Below, piece by piece: positions 42,207 through 51,981 of a stretch of 64,000 nt of DNA. Every line of letters starts with the position of its first letter. Positions within the stretch are counted from its first letter, which is position 1. The notes under the pieces were generated by a model that did not search any database, was not told where the DNA came from, and saw nothing but the letters and a program-made list of their open reading frames with translations. Both the position numbers and the translations under genes were made by a program. Source of the DNA: Bacteroidales bacterium (GTDB lineage: Bacteria; Bacteroidota; Bacteroidia; Bacteroidales; UBA1402); contig JAFSRR010000095.1 of NCBI GenBank assembly GCA_017446025.1, forward strand, positions 14,081 to 78,080, in the 5' to 3' direction.

Positions 42207-43841
42207 ATGAAACCGACGACACGAAAAACCATTGTCATCATCTGCTGCGTCCTGCTACTTACCATGGCCGGGAGGATGGTCTATCGGACAGCCTTCCAGA
42301 TGGCCTCATGGGGACACGCACCCGTGAAAAGCTACCTGACACTGAACAAACTGGATGCCCTGCTCAACCTGGTATCGTCCAAATATGTCGAAGATGTCGA
42401 TGAAAAGGCCATTATCGAACACCTGATCCCCCAGGTGCTGTCGGAACTGGATCCCCATTCGACGTACATTCCGGCCAAAGAGATGGAGAAGACCAACGAA
42501 GAGATCGAAGGCTCCTTCAGCGGCGTGGGCATACAGTTCAACATCCGCGAGGACACCATCCGCGTCATTGCCGTGGTCAACGGCGGTCCGGCCGAGAAAG
42601 CCGGCATGAAGGCGGGCGACTGCATCGTGACGGTCGAGGACAGTGTCTTTGTGGGTAAGGACATCAACAACGATCTGGTGATGAAAACCCTGCGTGGCAA
42701 GAAAAACACCAAGATCAAAGTGGGAGTCAAACGGCAAGGGACACAAGACATCCTCGACTATGTGCTCACACGCGACGACATCCCGGTAAACAGTGTGGAT
42801 GCCAGCTACAAGATAGGCGACAATATCGCCTACATCAAGATTGGCAACTTCTCACGCACCACCTACAACGAATTTTTGAACATCATCAACCATAAAAAGT
42901 CGCAGGAGGGCTGCGACCGCATCATCATCGACCTGCGCAGCAACCCCGGCGGGCTGATGGGAGCCGCTTTGGGCATCCTCAACGAACTGCTGCCCAAAAA
43001 CCGCCTGATGCTCTATGTGGAAGGCCGATCCTACCCCCGCGAGGAGAGTCGCTCCGACGGCAAGGGATCTTTCCAGCAGATGCCGGTAGTGGTACTGACG
43101 GACGAATGGTCGGCTTCGGCCAGTGAGATTGTGGCCGGGGCCCTGCAGGATAACGACCGCGCCTATATCGTCGGACGGCGCACCTACGGCAAAGGGCTGG
43201 TCCAGCAACAGATTCCCTTCAAGGACGGCTCGGCGGTACGCCTGACCGTGGCCCACTACTACATCCCCTCCGGCAGGAACATTCAAAAGCCCTATACCAA
43301 AGGCCATTTCGATGACTACGAAAAAGACCTGTCGAACCGCTACGAAAGAGGCGAATTCGGCAGCCTGGACAGCATACAGGTCAACGACAGCCTCCGGTTC
43401 GAAACCCGGAGCGGACGCATCGTCTATGGCGGAGGCGGCATCATTCCCGACTATTTCGTGCCCATCGACACGACCGCTGTCAGCCCTTGGTTTGCCACTG
43501 TTGTCAACAAGAACCTGGTCTATCTCTATGCCGCCAACTATGCCGACCGCCATCGCAGGGAACTGGACCAGTGCAAAACGGTCGGTGAGTTGCGCCGCCA
43601 ACTGGACCGACAGCCCATTGCCGCCGACTTCGTGGCCTACGCCAGGAGCAAAGGCGTAAAAGGCCAACCGCAGGATATCGAAGCCGACAAAGAAGAGCTG
43701 CTTATCCAAGTTTACGCATACATTGCCCGAAACATTTTGGGAGACAACGAGTTTTGGGAGATTGCCCAGGAGAAGGACCAGACCTTGCTCAAGGCCGTTG
43801 AACTGATCAAAGACCTGGGCACTGATGTAGGACGTCCATGA
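42207..43841 (+). CDS. S41-family carboxyl-terminal processing peptidase
   Basis: N-terminal TM, a PDZ domain (GGPAEKAGMKAGD), and the catalytic region SASASEIVAGALQDN..GKGLVQ. Confidence 0.9.
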   Translation: MKPTTRKTIVIICCVLLLTMAGRMVYRTAFQMASWGHAPVKSYLTLNKLDALLNLVSSKYVEDVDEKAIIEHLIPQVLSELDPHSTYIPAKEMEKTNEEIEGSFSGVGIQFNIREDTIRVIAVVNGGPAEKAGMKAGDCIVTVEDSVFVGKDINNDLVMKTLRGKKNTKIKVGVKRQGTQDILDYVLTRDDIPVNSVDASYKIGDNIAYIKIGNFSRTTYNEFLNIINHKKSQEGCDRIIIDLRSNPGGLMGAALGILNELLPKNRLMLYVEGRSYPREESRSDGKGSFQQMPVVVLTDEWSASASEIVAGALQDNDRAYIVGRRTYGKGLVQQQIPFKDGSAVRLTVAHYYIPSGRNIQKPYTKGHFDDYEKDLSNRYERGEFGSLDSIQVNDSLRFETRSGRIVYGGGGIIPDYFVPIDTTAVSPWFATVVNKNLVYLYAANYADRHRRELDQCKTVGELRRQLDRQPIAADFVAYARSKGVKGQPQDIEADKEELLIQVYAYIARNILGDNEFWEIAQEKDQTLLKAVELIKDLGTDVGRP

Positions 43842-44380
43842 CAAGCTGCAGCGAAGAAAAAAGGGCACTGCGCCGGGAGATACGCCAGCGCAAACAATTG
43901 GTGTCGGAGGTAGAGAAAGCCCGACTGTCGCATCTGCTTTGCCAGCAGGTGGAGGCCTTGCCCGTATGGCAGGAAGCCCGTACCGTGCTGCTCTACCATG
44001 CCCTGGGCGACGAAGTCTCCACCCAGGATCTGTTGCAGCGCTGGGCCGGTCAGAAGACCCTGCTGCTGCCCGTGGTCGATGGCGACGACCTGCTGCTCAA
44101 ACCCTACCGGCCGCAGGCAGCGATGACGCCCAACCGATGGGACATTCTCGAGCCCACGACCGACACCGAGGTCTTTTCCGACTATCAGGCCATCGACCTG
44201 GCACTGATCCCCGGCATGGCCTTCGATGCCGACGGGCACCGGCTGGGACGGGGCAAGGGTTATTACGACCGCCTGCTCCCCAAGCTTTCCTGCCCGACCA
44301 TAGGGATATGTTTTCCCTTCCAAAAGGTCGAAAAAATACCCGTTGAACCTTGGGATATTCCGGTGCAACGGGTACTTTAA
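43838..44380 (+). CDS. 5-formyltetrahydrofolate cyclo-ligase
   Basis: 180 aa. KRALRREIR start and the GMAFDADGHRLGRGKGYYDR motif. Confidence 0.85.
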   Translation: MTSCSEEKRALRREIRQRKQLVSEVEKARLSHLLCQQVEALPVWQEARTVLLYHALGDEVSTQDLLQRWAGQKTLLLPVVDGDDLLLKPYRPQAAMTPNRWDILEPTTDTEVFSDYQAIDLALIPGMAFDADGHRLGRGKGYYDRLLPKLSCPTIGICFPFQKVEKIPVEPWDIPVQRVL

Positions 44381-44397
44381 GCGGGGGCTACCGATCA

Positions 44398-45792
44398 TTA
44401 TTTCTTCTTGGCGGGCTTGGCCGCTGCTTTCGCGGGCTTGGCTGCTGCCTTGGGCTTGGCTGCTGCTTTCGCAGGCTTGGCCGCTTTGGCCGTCTTGCCG
44501 CCCGAACGCCTGAGCTGACGCACCTCCTTCTCCAGGGAAGCGATGGTCTTCTCCTGATTCTCGATGGTGGTGAGCAGCGAGTTGAGCTCCTCATTGTCGA
44601 CCGTCGAAGGATACTGGGCCTCGACACGTTCCATAAAGTCGCTCAACACATTCATATAATTGGTGAAGGCATCGAAGGGCGAGTCGTAGGGACTGAAATA
44701 TTTGTACAGGCCGCCGTCGGTAAACTGCTTGGTGCTCATATAGAAGAAATGGTCACTGGTCTGCAGGTAGTTCCAATCCTGGCGCAGGCGGTGGTCCTTG
44801 CACAGGCGCACACGCTCGGACACGCTGTAGAGCTTGTTCAAGGCTTCGCGCTGGAGGTCGTTGCCCATCCACGAACTCAGGTCGTTCTCTTCATCGGCCC
44901 AGGAGATTGGGTTGGGCATGCTGATCGGACCGACGGCTTTCAGTTTCAGGGCCACCTCGGAAGGTGTCAGAAACTCGATTCCCTGCTTCAGGGCGAAGGT
45001 GGGCAGGGCGCGCAGGAATTCGAAGATGCCGCTCTCACGAGGCTGCAGGTTGCCGAAGGTCTCGTAGTTCATGAACAGATTGACCACCTGCTCGTTGTCG
45101 GGCGTGCGGGCGATCCAGTCGATGAACTTGTCGGCCGTCAGGGGATATTCGCTCCAGTCGTAGTTGGAAAAACGGAAAGCCACATCGTCGCTCAGTTTGT
45201 TGTTCTTGAGCAGGATCTTCAGATTGGGGTTGGTGGCACTCTGATAGACAAAGTTGGGGCTCTTCCAGCCCAAAACAGCCTTGGCACCGTCGGTAATCAC
45301 CGTCTTGAAGCCCAGCGAATATATAATATCACCGATTTCATCGGAATAAATCAGCTCCGTATTGCGGAAAGCCTTGGGCTTGACGCCGAACAGACGTTCG
45401 ATGTGTTTCTGCTGCTGTTTGACCTGCAGACGGAATTCATCTTCGTCCATGACCGACGAGAGCGAATGGGCATAGGTCTCGGCCAGGAATTCGACACAGC
45501 CTGTCTTGGCCAGGGCCTGGAAACTCTCGATGACTTCGGGCGCATACTGTTCCAACTGGTCGAGCGCCACACCGGAAATGGAAAAGGCCACCCGCAGTTT
45601 GCCGCCGTGGGCCTTGATCAGTTCCAGCAGCAGTTCGTTGGCAGGCAGGAAGGAACTGGCGGCCACCCGCTGCATGATCTGCTCGTTGGTGAAGTCATCA
45701 TAATAGTAATGATCCTCTCCGATGTCGAAAAAACGGTATCTTTTCAGACGGAAGGGCTGATGAATCTGGAAGTAAAAACAAATCGTCTTCAT
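44398..45792 (-). CDS. glycoside hydrolase family 57 alpha-glucan enzyme with Lys/Ala/Pro-rich C-terminal tail
   Basis: FYFQIHQPFRLKRY start typical of GH57. Ends in GGKTAKAAKPAKAAAKPKAAAKPAKAAAKPAKKK. Confidence 0.8.
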   Translation of the reverse strand: MKTICFYFQIHQPFRLKRYRFFDIGEDHYYYDDFTNEQIMQRVAASSFLPANELLLELIKAHGGKLRVAFSISGVALDQLEQYAPEVIESFQALAKTGCVEFLAETYAHSLSSVMDEDEFRLQVKQQQKHIERLFGVKPKAFRNTELIYSDEIGDIIYSLGFKTVITDGAKAVLGWKSPNFVYQSATNPNLKILLKNNKLSDDVAFRFSNYDWSEYPLTADKFIDWIARTPDNEQVVNLFMNYETFGNLQPRESGIFEFLRALPTFALKQGIEFLTPSEVALKLKAVGPISMPNPISWADEENDLSSWMGNDLQREALNKLYSVSERVRLCKDHRLRQDWNYLQTSDHFFYMSTKQFTDGGLYKYFSPYDSPFDAFTNYMNVLSDFMERVEAQYPSTVDNEELNSLLTTIENQEKTIASLEKEVRQLRRSGGKTAKAAKPAKAAAKPKAAAKPAKAAAKPAKKK

Positions 45793-45811
45793 AATGTATG
45801 CTGTTTGATTA

Positions 45812-47074
45812 TTATCGTCCTAATACCTGATCGTAGATTTTCCTGACCTTCTGGCCGGCATATTCCCATTTGATTTCATCGACCTCGGCCTTGCCCTGTT
45901 CACGCAGGTACTTGTACATAGCCGGGTAGGTGACGATGGAATAGATGGCATCGGCAATGGCGTCGATGTCCCAGTAGTCGGTCTTGATGACATTGTCCAG
46001 GATTTCGGCGCAACCCGACTGTTTGGAAATGATCGATGGCACGCCCACCTGCATGGCCTCGAGCGGGGAGATGCCGAAAGGCTCCGACACCGAAGGCATG
46101 ATATACACGTCGCTCGATTTGAGCATGGTGTAGACCTGCTTGCCTTTCTGGAAACCGGGGAAGTGAAATTTGTCGGCGATGCCGCGCTTGGCGGCCAGCC
46201 GGATCATGGCATCCATCATGTCGCCGCTGCCGGCCATGACAAAACGCACCTTGTCGGTCTTCTGGAGCACCCGGTAGGCGGCCTCCACGAAGTATTCAGG
46301 GCCTTTCTGCATGGTGATACGGCCCAGGAAGGTCACAATCTTCTGCTGCGTGTGCCGGATGGGTTCGATTTCCTCGATCTCGCGACTCACCGGCTCGACG
46401 GCATTGTGGACCGTGCTTACCTTGGCGGGATCCTGATGATAGTTGTTGATGACCGTGTTGCGCGTGAGGTTGCTCACACAGATGATGTGGTCGGCGTTGT
46501 CCATACCGTCCTTCTCGATGCGATAGACATCGGGGTTGACATTGCCGCGGCTGCGGTCGAAATCGGTGGCGTGGACATGGATCACCAGCGGCTTGCCCGT
46601 CACGCTTTTGGCGTGGATGCCGGCCGGATAGGTGAGCCAGTCGTGCGAATGGATGATGTCAAACTCTTCGGTGCGGGCAATGACTCCGGCGCAGATGGAA
46701 TAGTTGTTGATCTCTTCCAGCAGGTTGTCGGGATAGCGGCCCGAAAATTCGATGCAGCCCAGGTCGTTGGTGTAGAGATACCTGAAGTCGGCGTAGATAT
46801 GCGAGCGCAGATCGTAGTACTGCTGGGGCGACATATACGAGCCGAAACGCTTCTCAAGCGTGTCCCAGTCGATGTCGCGCCACACCACCGGGGTGTTGCA
46901 GGCGCCGATGATTTTCAAAAAACTCTGGTCCTCGTCACCATGAGGCTTGGGGATGACAAAAGTGATGTCCATGTCGGGTTGCAGGGCCATGCCTCTGGTC
47001 AACCCGAAACTGGCGGTGCCCAAACCGCCCAGGATATGCGGGGGAAACTCCCACCCAAACATCAATGCTCTCAT
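45812..47074 (-). CDS. glycosyltransferase family 4 (alpha-glucan synthase-like)
   Basis: FGWEFPPHILGGLGTA start and the GT-B C-terminal motif SEPFGISPLEAM. Confidence 0.85.
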   Translation of the reverse strand: MRALMFGWEFPPHILGGLGTASFGLTRGMALQPDMDITFVIPKPHGDEDQSFLKIIGACNTPVVWRDIDWDTLEKRFGSYMSPQQYYDLRSHIYADFRYLYTNDLGCIEFSGRYPDNLLEEINNYSICAGVIARTEEFDIIHSHDWLTYPAGIHAKSVTGKPLVIHVHATDFDRSRGNVNPDVYRIEKDGMDNADHIICVSNLTRNTVINNYHQDPAKVSTVHNAVEPVSREIEEIEPIRHTQQKIVTFLGRITMQKGPEYFVEAAYRVLQKTDKVRFVMAGSGDMMDAMIRLAAKRGIADKFHFPGFQKGKQVYTMLKSSDVYIMPSVSEPFGISPLEAMQVGVPSIISKQSGCAEILDNVIKTDYWDIDAIADAIYSIVTYPAMYKYLREQGKAEVDEIKWEYAGQKVRKIYDQVLGR

Positions 47075-47081
47075 CGCTTGC

Positions 47082-49040
47082 TTATAATTGTACGGTGTTT
47101 TCGGATAATTTCTTAACCATCTGTTTGATTCTCAGCACCTCGGCTACGCTCATGGCAAAGGCGATACCGCCGCGGCCACGATAGGGGGGATTGCCGTCGA
47201 AGAGCTCTGAGATGGAGGTGACGCCACGGTCGGTCAAGTCGTCTTCAAACTCATAGAGACAACGCTCGGCAAAACTCAAACCGCTGATGCGGTAGATCTT
47301 CAGATAGGCTTCCAGATAGGGGCCCATCAGCCAAGGCCAGGCCGTGCCCTGGTGGTAGGCCCAGGTGCGCCGGTTTTCGGGGCCTTCGAAAATGGGATTG
47401 TAGCCCATGCTCTTCGGACTGAGCGTGCGCAGGCCCTTGGGCGTGAGCAGCTCTTTGGTGACGATGTCCAGCACCTGCTTTTTCTGCATCTTGTCCAGGG
47501 GAGAATAGTCGAGCGAAGCGGCGAAGATCTGGTTGGGACGCACACTCCAATCGACATAGTCGCCATCGACATAGTCGTAGAGATAACCGTAGCCGTTACG
47601 GAAGACATTGACAAAGGAGGCACCGGCCTTGGCGGCCAGGCTTTCGAGATTGTCGGCCACGAAGCTCTCACTGCGGTCACGGGCCACATCGGCGGCGTAG
47701 CGCAGGGCGTTGTACCAAAGGGCGTTGAATTCGACCAGATAGCCGCTGCGCGGTACCAGGGGCTTGCCATACATGGTCGAGTTCATCCACGAAACGGGTT
47801 TGTCCTTGCCGAAGGTGTGGACCAGGCCGTTGTCGTGGACAAAGAGGTTGGGATGGCGCTGGTTGATGATATAGTCCATGGCGTCGAGCACCAGTGAACC
47901 GTATTTTTCGACAGCGGCGGCGCGGCCCTGGTCCTTGCCGTATTGCTGGATGGCCCAGATCATCCACAACAGTACGTCGGGGGCATCTATCTCGGTGATG
48001 TCGCAATCGAGCGGACGACCTTCCATGAAATTTCGGACTCCTTTTTCGGCCGTTTCCATGATGGCGGTGAACAGACCGGGATCCTCGGCCGAGAGCGTGC
48101 ATCCGGGCAGGGCGACAAACATGTCGCGGGCGCGGCATTCAAACCAGGGATAGCCGGCCAACAGGTAGCGCTGTCCGTCTTTCTGCTTGTTGTAGAACTG
48201 ATAGGCGGCCGATTTCAGGCAGTTGGTAAAACTGGTACGGGGCTTGCGCATGGCTTTCTCGGCATCGAAGGTTTTCTTCATGCTGGCGGGCGACATGGGC
48301 GACAGACCGGCGGCGAAGACGATGCTCTGCCCTTTTTTGATAGGCATCTCGAAGGTGCCGGGGACAAAGAGGTCTTCCTGGTATTCATAGCCGCGTTCCT
48401 GCTCCTTCATGTATTCGATGTTGCGATACCAGTCGGGAGTGTAGTCGAAGGCATTCTTCGACGAAAACTGCATATAAAGCTCGGGATAGCCCGGATACAG
48501 GCACATCTTGATGCCGTTGGGCACCTCTTCGTACGATTTGTTGATCTGGGAGTTCTCGTGGCAAAGGGCATTGGTGTCGCGGAAGGCCAGGAAGGGTTTG
48601 AAACGCAGACGCGTGGGGGAATGGGCCTCCAACAGGGTATAACGGATCAGTATCCTGTTCTCGAACGACATGAACAGCTTCTCACGGGCCAGGATGACAC
48701 CGCCCACTCGATAGATGGTGGTAGGGATGTCGTCGCACTCAAACTGGCGGATGTATTTGTGACCCTTGGGGCTGTAATGGTCGCCGGGATACTTGTGCAG
48801 CCCCAGGTTGAATTCGGCACCGTGCTGGATGACCGTGGCGTCCAGCGACGACATCAACACATGGTTGCGGCCGCCGAACCCCGACAGGGGCACTACCAGC
48901 AAACCGTTGTATTTACGGGTGTTGCAATCCACAATGGTGGAATAGCTGTAAGCACCCGATTTGTTGGCCTGCAGCATTTCCTTGGTGAGGGATTGCTGCA
49001 GATTCACCATCAAAGCTTTGTCAAATTTCAGATAACTCAT
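47082..49040 (-). CDS. amylo-alpha-1,6-glucosidase / glycogen debranching enzyme family protein
   Basis: 652 aa. GDE N-terminal and C-terminal (alpha/alpha)6 barrel features (GTAWPWLMGPYLEAY). Confidence 0.85.
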   Translation of the reverse strand: MSYLKFDKALMVNLQQSLTKEMLQANKSGAYSYSTIVDCNTRKYNGLLVVPLSGFGGRNHVLMSSLDATVIQHGAEFNLGLHKYPGDHYSPKGHKYIRQFECDDIPTTIYRVGGVILAREKLFMSFENRILIRYTLLEAHSPTRLRFKPFLAFRDTNALCHENSQINKSYEEVPNGIKMCLYPGYPELYMQFSSKNAFDYTPDWYRNIEYMKEQERGYEYQEDLFVPGTFEMPIKKGQSIVFAAGLSPMSPASMKKTFDAEKAMRKPRTSFTNCLKSAAYQFYNKQKDGQRYLLAGYPWFECRARDMFVALPGCTLSAEDPGLFTAIMETAEKGVRNFMEGRPLDCDITEIDAPDVLLWMIWAIQQYGKDQGRAAAVEKYGSLVLDAMDYIINQRHPNLFVHDNGLVHTFGKDKPVSWMNSTMYGKPLVPRSGYLVEFNALWYNALRYAADVARDRSESFVADNLESLAAKAGASFVNVFRNGYGYLYDYVDGDYVDWSVRPNQIFAASLDYSPLDKMQKKQVLDIVTKELLTPKGLRTLSPKSMGYNPIFEGPENRRTWAYHQGTAWPWLMGPYLEAYLKIYRISGLSFAERCLYEFEDDLTDRGVTSISELFDGNPPYRGRGGIAFAMSVAEVLRIKQMVKKLSENTVQL

Positions 49041-49117
49041 ACGCAGCTTGTTATATATGTGACAACGAAAGTACGATTATTTATTCAATTCCAAAAATAA
49101 TGGTATACAATTTTTTG

Positions 49118-49146
49118 GTGTTTAGGGCGGACTTGCACTATATTTG
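49118..49146 (+). promoter_or_regulatory. promoter candidate (TTTG-N21-TATATTTG)
   Basis: The -7 box at 49139-49146 lies 19 nt upstream of ATG 49166. The TTTG element itself is at 49114-49117, just outside the listed start coordinate. Confidence 0.5.
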
Positions 49147-49165
49147 TTCCCACAAAACGGGAATT

Positions 49166-50134
49166 ATGGAAGACAAGAAAAAAGAACTCAACCTGGTGGA
49201 TGTCCTGTCACTTTGCTGGCAAGCCATCAAGAAGGCTTTCATGTGGGGTATCGGCATTCTGGGCTGGTGCCTGAGGATGTTTTACCAGAAAAAATGGCTC
49301 ATGCTCGTGTGCCTGGTCGCCGGACTGGCCTGGGGCTACTGGTCGGTACGCCAATACAACCCCCACCGTTCGGGATTCGGTCTCAACTCCTTCTGCAAAC
49401 AGCCCTACTACGCTGTAGAGCAAGTCAGGGAAGCCGGCAAGCACTGCGGCCGCGATCTGGCCAAGTTCCTCGACATCGACTCCGCCGTCGCCGCCCAGGT
49501 CATCAGCATCGAACCCTATTATGTAGTGGACATCGACCGCAACTCCACCATCGATATCATCGACTACAAAGAGCGCTTCCGCACCGACTCGCTGGTTTAC
49601 ACCTGGTCCATCACCCAGTTCTATGTCGAGGTGATTTCCCGTCGCGACAGCGTCGTGCCCATCGTGCGCCAGGCCTTGCTCGACAAACTGAACGCCTCTT
49701 ATGTGCTCTATGACCCCTGGAAAATCAACATAGACAACGAAAACCGCTGGATACAGGTGCTCAACGACGAGCTGCACCGTATCGACTCGTTGCAGGCCCT
49801 CGCCTACCAGGACAACCGGCTCATCCCCACCATCGTCAAACGGAACGAACCCAACAACGAGCAGACCTATGCCAGCGAGAGCCGGATACAGTCGCTCACC
49901 CGGGAAAAATCCATGCTGATGAACTACATCAACGCCCATGAGATCCGTATGAAAAACCTGTCGTACGGTCCCATCAGCGCCACCACTCCCATCGTCTATC
50001 AAGGGGAGATGCGTTCCCTCAAGGTCGAAATGATCAAATATGGTGTGTTGGGTATCATCCTCGGTTTGGGCATCATCCTGCTTGGCAAGTATTGGAAGGC
50101 CATCATCGCCTACCTCAGCAAGAAAGACGAATAG
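49166..50134 (+). CDS. bitopic membrane protein with Wzz/PCP-like topology, unknown function
   Basis: 322 aa. N-terminal TM(s) (WGIGILGWCL, LMLVCLVAGLAWGYW), a ~230-aa soluble region and a C-terminal TM (YGVLGIILGLGIILLG). Confidence 0.55.
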   Translation: MEDKKKELNLVDVLSLCWQAIKKAFMWGIGILGWCLRMFYQKKWLMLVCLVAGLAWGYWSVRQYNPHRSGFGLNSFCKQPYYAVEQVREAGKHCGRDLAKFLDIDSAVAAQVISIEPYYVVDIDRNSTIDIIDYKERFRTDSLVYTWSITQFYVEVISRRDSVVPIVRQALLDKLNASYVLYDPWKINIDNENRWIQVLNDELHRIDSLQALAYQDNRLIPTIVKRNEPNNEQTYASESRIQSLTREKSMLMNYINAHEIRMKNLSYGPISATTPIVYQGEMRSLKVEMIKYGVLGIILGLGIILLGKYWKAIIAYLSKKDE

Positions 50135-50150
50135 GCCCGATTCCATCGGT

Positions 50151-50201
50151 AAAAACAGCGTGCCCCGGAAGTCTTGGACGACCTCCGGGGCACTGCTTTT
50201 A
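50151..50201. terminator. bidirectional rho-independent terminator
   Basis: 10-bp stem GTGCCCCGGA/TCCGGGGCAC (50160-50169 / 50184-50193) with an A-rich 5' flank and a T-rich 3' flank, between convergent genes. Confidence 0.75.
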
Positions 50202-50220
50202 TTCAACGGCAGCGGGCTGT

Positions 50221-51969
50221 TCAGATGCCCAGCGACTGCTTGATGGCCTCGATCTTGGCATCGGCGGCAGCACCGGCCTTGTCGTAGTCGGCACGGGTCT
50301 TCATCTCGGTGCGGACCTCCATGTAGAACTTGATCTTCGGCTCCGTGCCCGAAGGACGTACCGACACCTTGGTCTTGTCGGCCGTGAAGTATTGCAGCAC
50401 ATTGGAAGGTTCGGGCATGGACAGGTCCCAGACTTCGCCCGTCTGGGGCTTGCAGGCCTTCAGGGTCTTGAAGTCCTTGATGAGCACCACGGGCGAACCG
50501 GCCAGTTCTTTGACCGGATGGGCGCGGTAGTTGTCCATCATGGCCTGGATCTCTTCGGCGCCGCTCTTGCCCTTGCGGACGATGGAAATGCCTTTTTCCT
50601 TGGAATAGCCGAATTCGAGATAAATGTCCAGCAATTGTTCATACAGCGATTTGCCCTGATCCTTGGCGTAGGCCAGTACCTCGGCAATCATGGCTGCGGC
50701 CGAGACAGCATCCTTGTCGCGGACAAAGTCCTCAACCAGGAAGCCGTAGCTTTCCTCGCCGCCGCAGATGAATTCCTTCTTGCCTTCCTGCTGCAGCATG
50801 ACCGAAGCAATCCATTTGAAGCCGGTATAGACATCATATATTTCCACACCGTAGCGATCGGCCATGTCCTTGAGCAACTCAGTGGTGACGATGGTCTTGA
50901 CCATATACTGGTTGCCATTGAGCTTGCCGTTCTCCTTCCAGCGCTTGAGCAGATAATTGGTGATGAGCAGGGCATTTTGGTTGCCGCTGACCAGTATCCA
51001 CTCGTTCTTGTCGTTCTTGACGGCGATACCCAGGCGGTCGGCATCCGGGTCGGAAGCCATGACGATGTCGGCATCCACCTCCTTGGCTTTGGCGATGGCC
51101 ATGGCCAGGGCGGCAGGTTCCTCGGGATTCGGAGAAACCACCGTGGGGAAATCACCGCTGATGACATTCTGCTCGGGCACAGAGATGACGTTGTTGAAGC
51201 CCAGGGTCTGGAGGCAGCGCGGGATCACCTTGATACCGGTGCCGTGGATGGGGGTATAGACAATCTTCAGGTCTTTGTGACGGGCGATGGCCTCGGGAGA
51301 CATGGACACCTTGGTGATTTTATCGATATAAACCTTGTCAACTTCCTCACCGATGATGGTGATGAGCGACTTGTCGCCTTTGAATTTGATGTCCTCCACC
51401 CGTTTGATGGCATTGACTTCGGCGATGATGTTCCGATCGTGGGGAGCCACCACCTGGCCGCCATCGTCCCAATAGGCCTTGTAACCGTTGTACTCCTTGG
51501 GATTGTGCGATGCCGTCAGGATGATACCGCTCTGGCAACCCAGGTGACGGATGGCAAAGGACATCTCGGGGGTGGGACGCAGGCTTTCGAACAGATAGAC
51601 ATGGATACCGTTGGCCGAGAAGATGTCGGCCGAAATCTCGGCAAACAGACGGCTGTTGTTGCGGCAGTCGTGCCCGATGGCCACCTTGATCTCCTTGAGC
51701 GAGGCGAAACTCTTCTTCAGGTAGTTGGCCAGGCCCTGGGTGGCGGCGCCCACCGTGTAGCGGTTCATACGGTTGGTGCCCGAGCCCATGATGCCGCGCA
51801 GGCCGCCCGTACCGAATTCCAGGTCTTTGTAGAAACTCTCGATGAGTTCTGTCTTGTCTTCACTGTCGAGCATACGCTGCACATCGGCACGCGTTGCGGC
51901 GTCGTAGGCGTTGCCCAGCCACACTTTTGCCTTGGCAGTGACCTGCTGAATCAATTCTTTGTTCTCCAT
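50221..51969 (-). CDS. phospho-sugar mutase (phosphoglucomutase/phosphomannomutase family)
   Basis: 582 aa. Active-site TASHNPKEYNGYK and the Mg loop DPDADR. Confidence 0.9.
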   Translation of the reverse strand: MENKELIQQVTAKAKVWLGNAYDAATRADVQRMLDSEDKTELIESFYKDLEFGTGGLRGIMGSGTNRMNRYTVGAATQGLANYLKKSFASLKEIKVAIGHDCRNNSRLFAEISADIFSANGIHVYLFESLRPTPEMSFAIRHLGCQSGIILTASHNPKEYNGYKAYWDDGGQVVAPHDRNIIAEVNAIKRVEDIKFKGDKSLITIIGEEVDKVYIDKITKVSMSPEAIARHKDLKIVYTPIHGTGIKVIPRCLQTLGFNNVISVPEQNVISGDFPTVVSPNPEEPAALAMAIAKAKEVDADIVMASDPDADRLGIAVKNDKNEWILVSGNQNALLITNYLLKRWKENGKLNGNQYMVKTIVTTELLKDMADRYGVEIYDVYTGFKWIASVMLQQEGKKEFICGGEESYGFLVEDFVRDKDAVSAAAMIAEVLAYAKDQGKSLYEQLLDIYLEFGYSKEKGISIVRKGKSGAEEIQAMMDNYRAHPVKELAGSPVVLIKDFKTLKACKPQTGEVWDLSMPEPSNVLQYFTADKTKVSVRPSGTEPKIKFYMEVRTEMKTRADYDKAGAAADAKIEAIKQSLGI

Positions 51970-51981
51970 ATACGTATCCTT

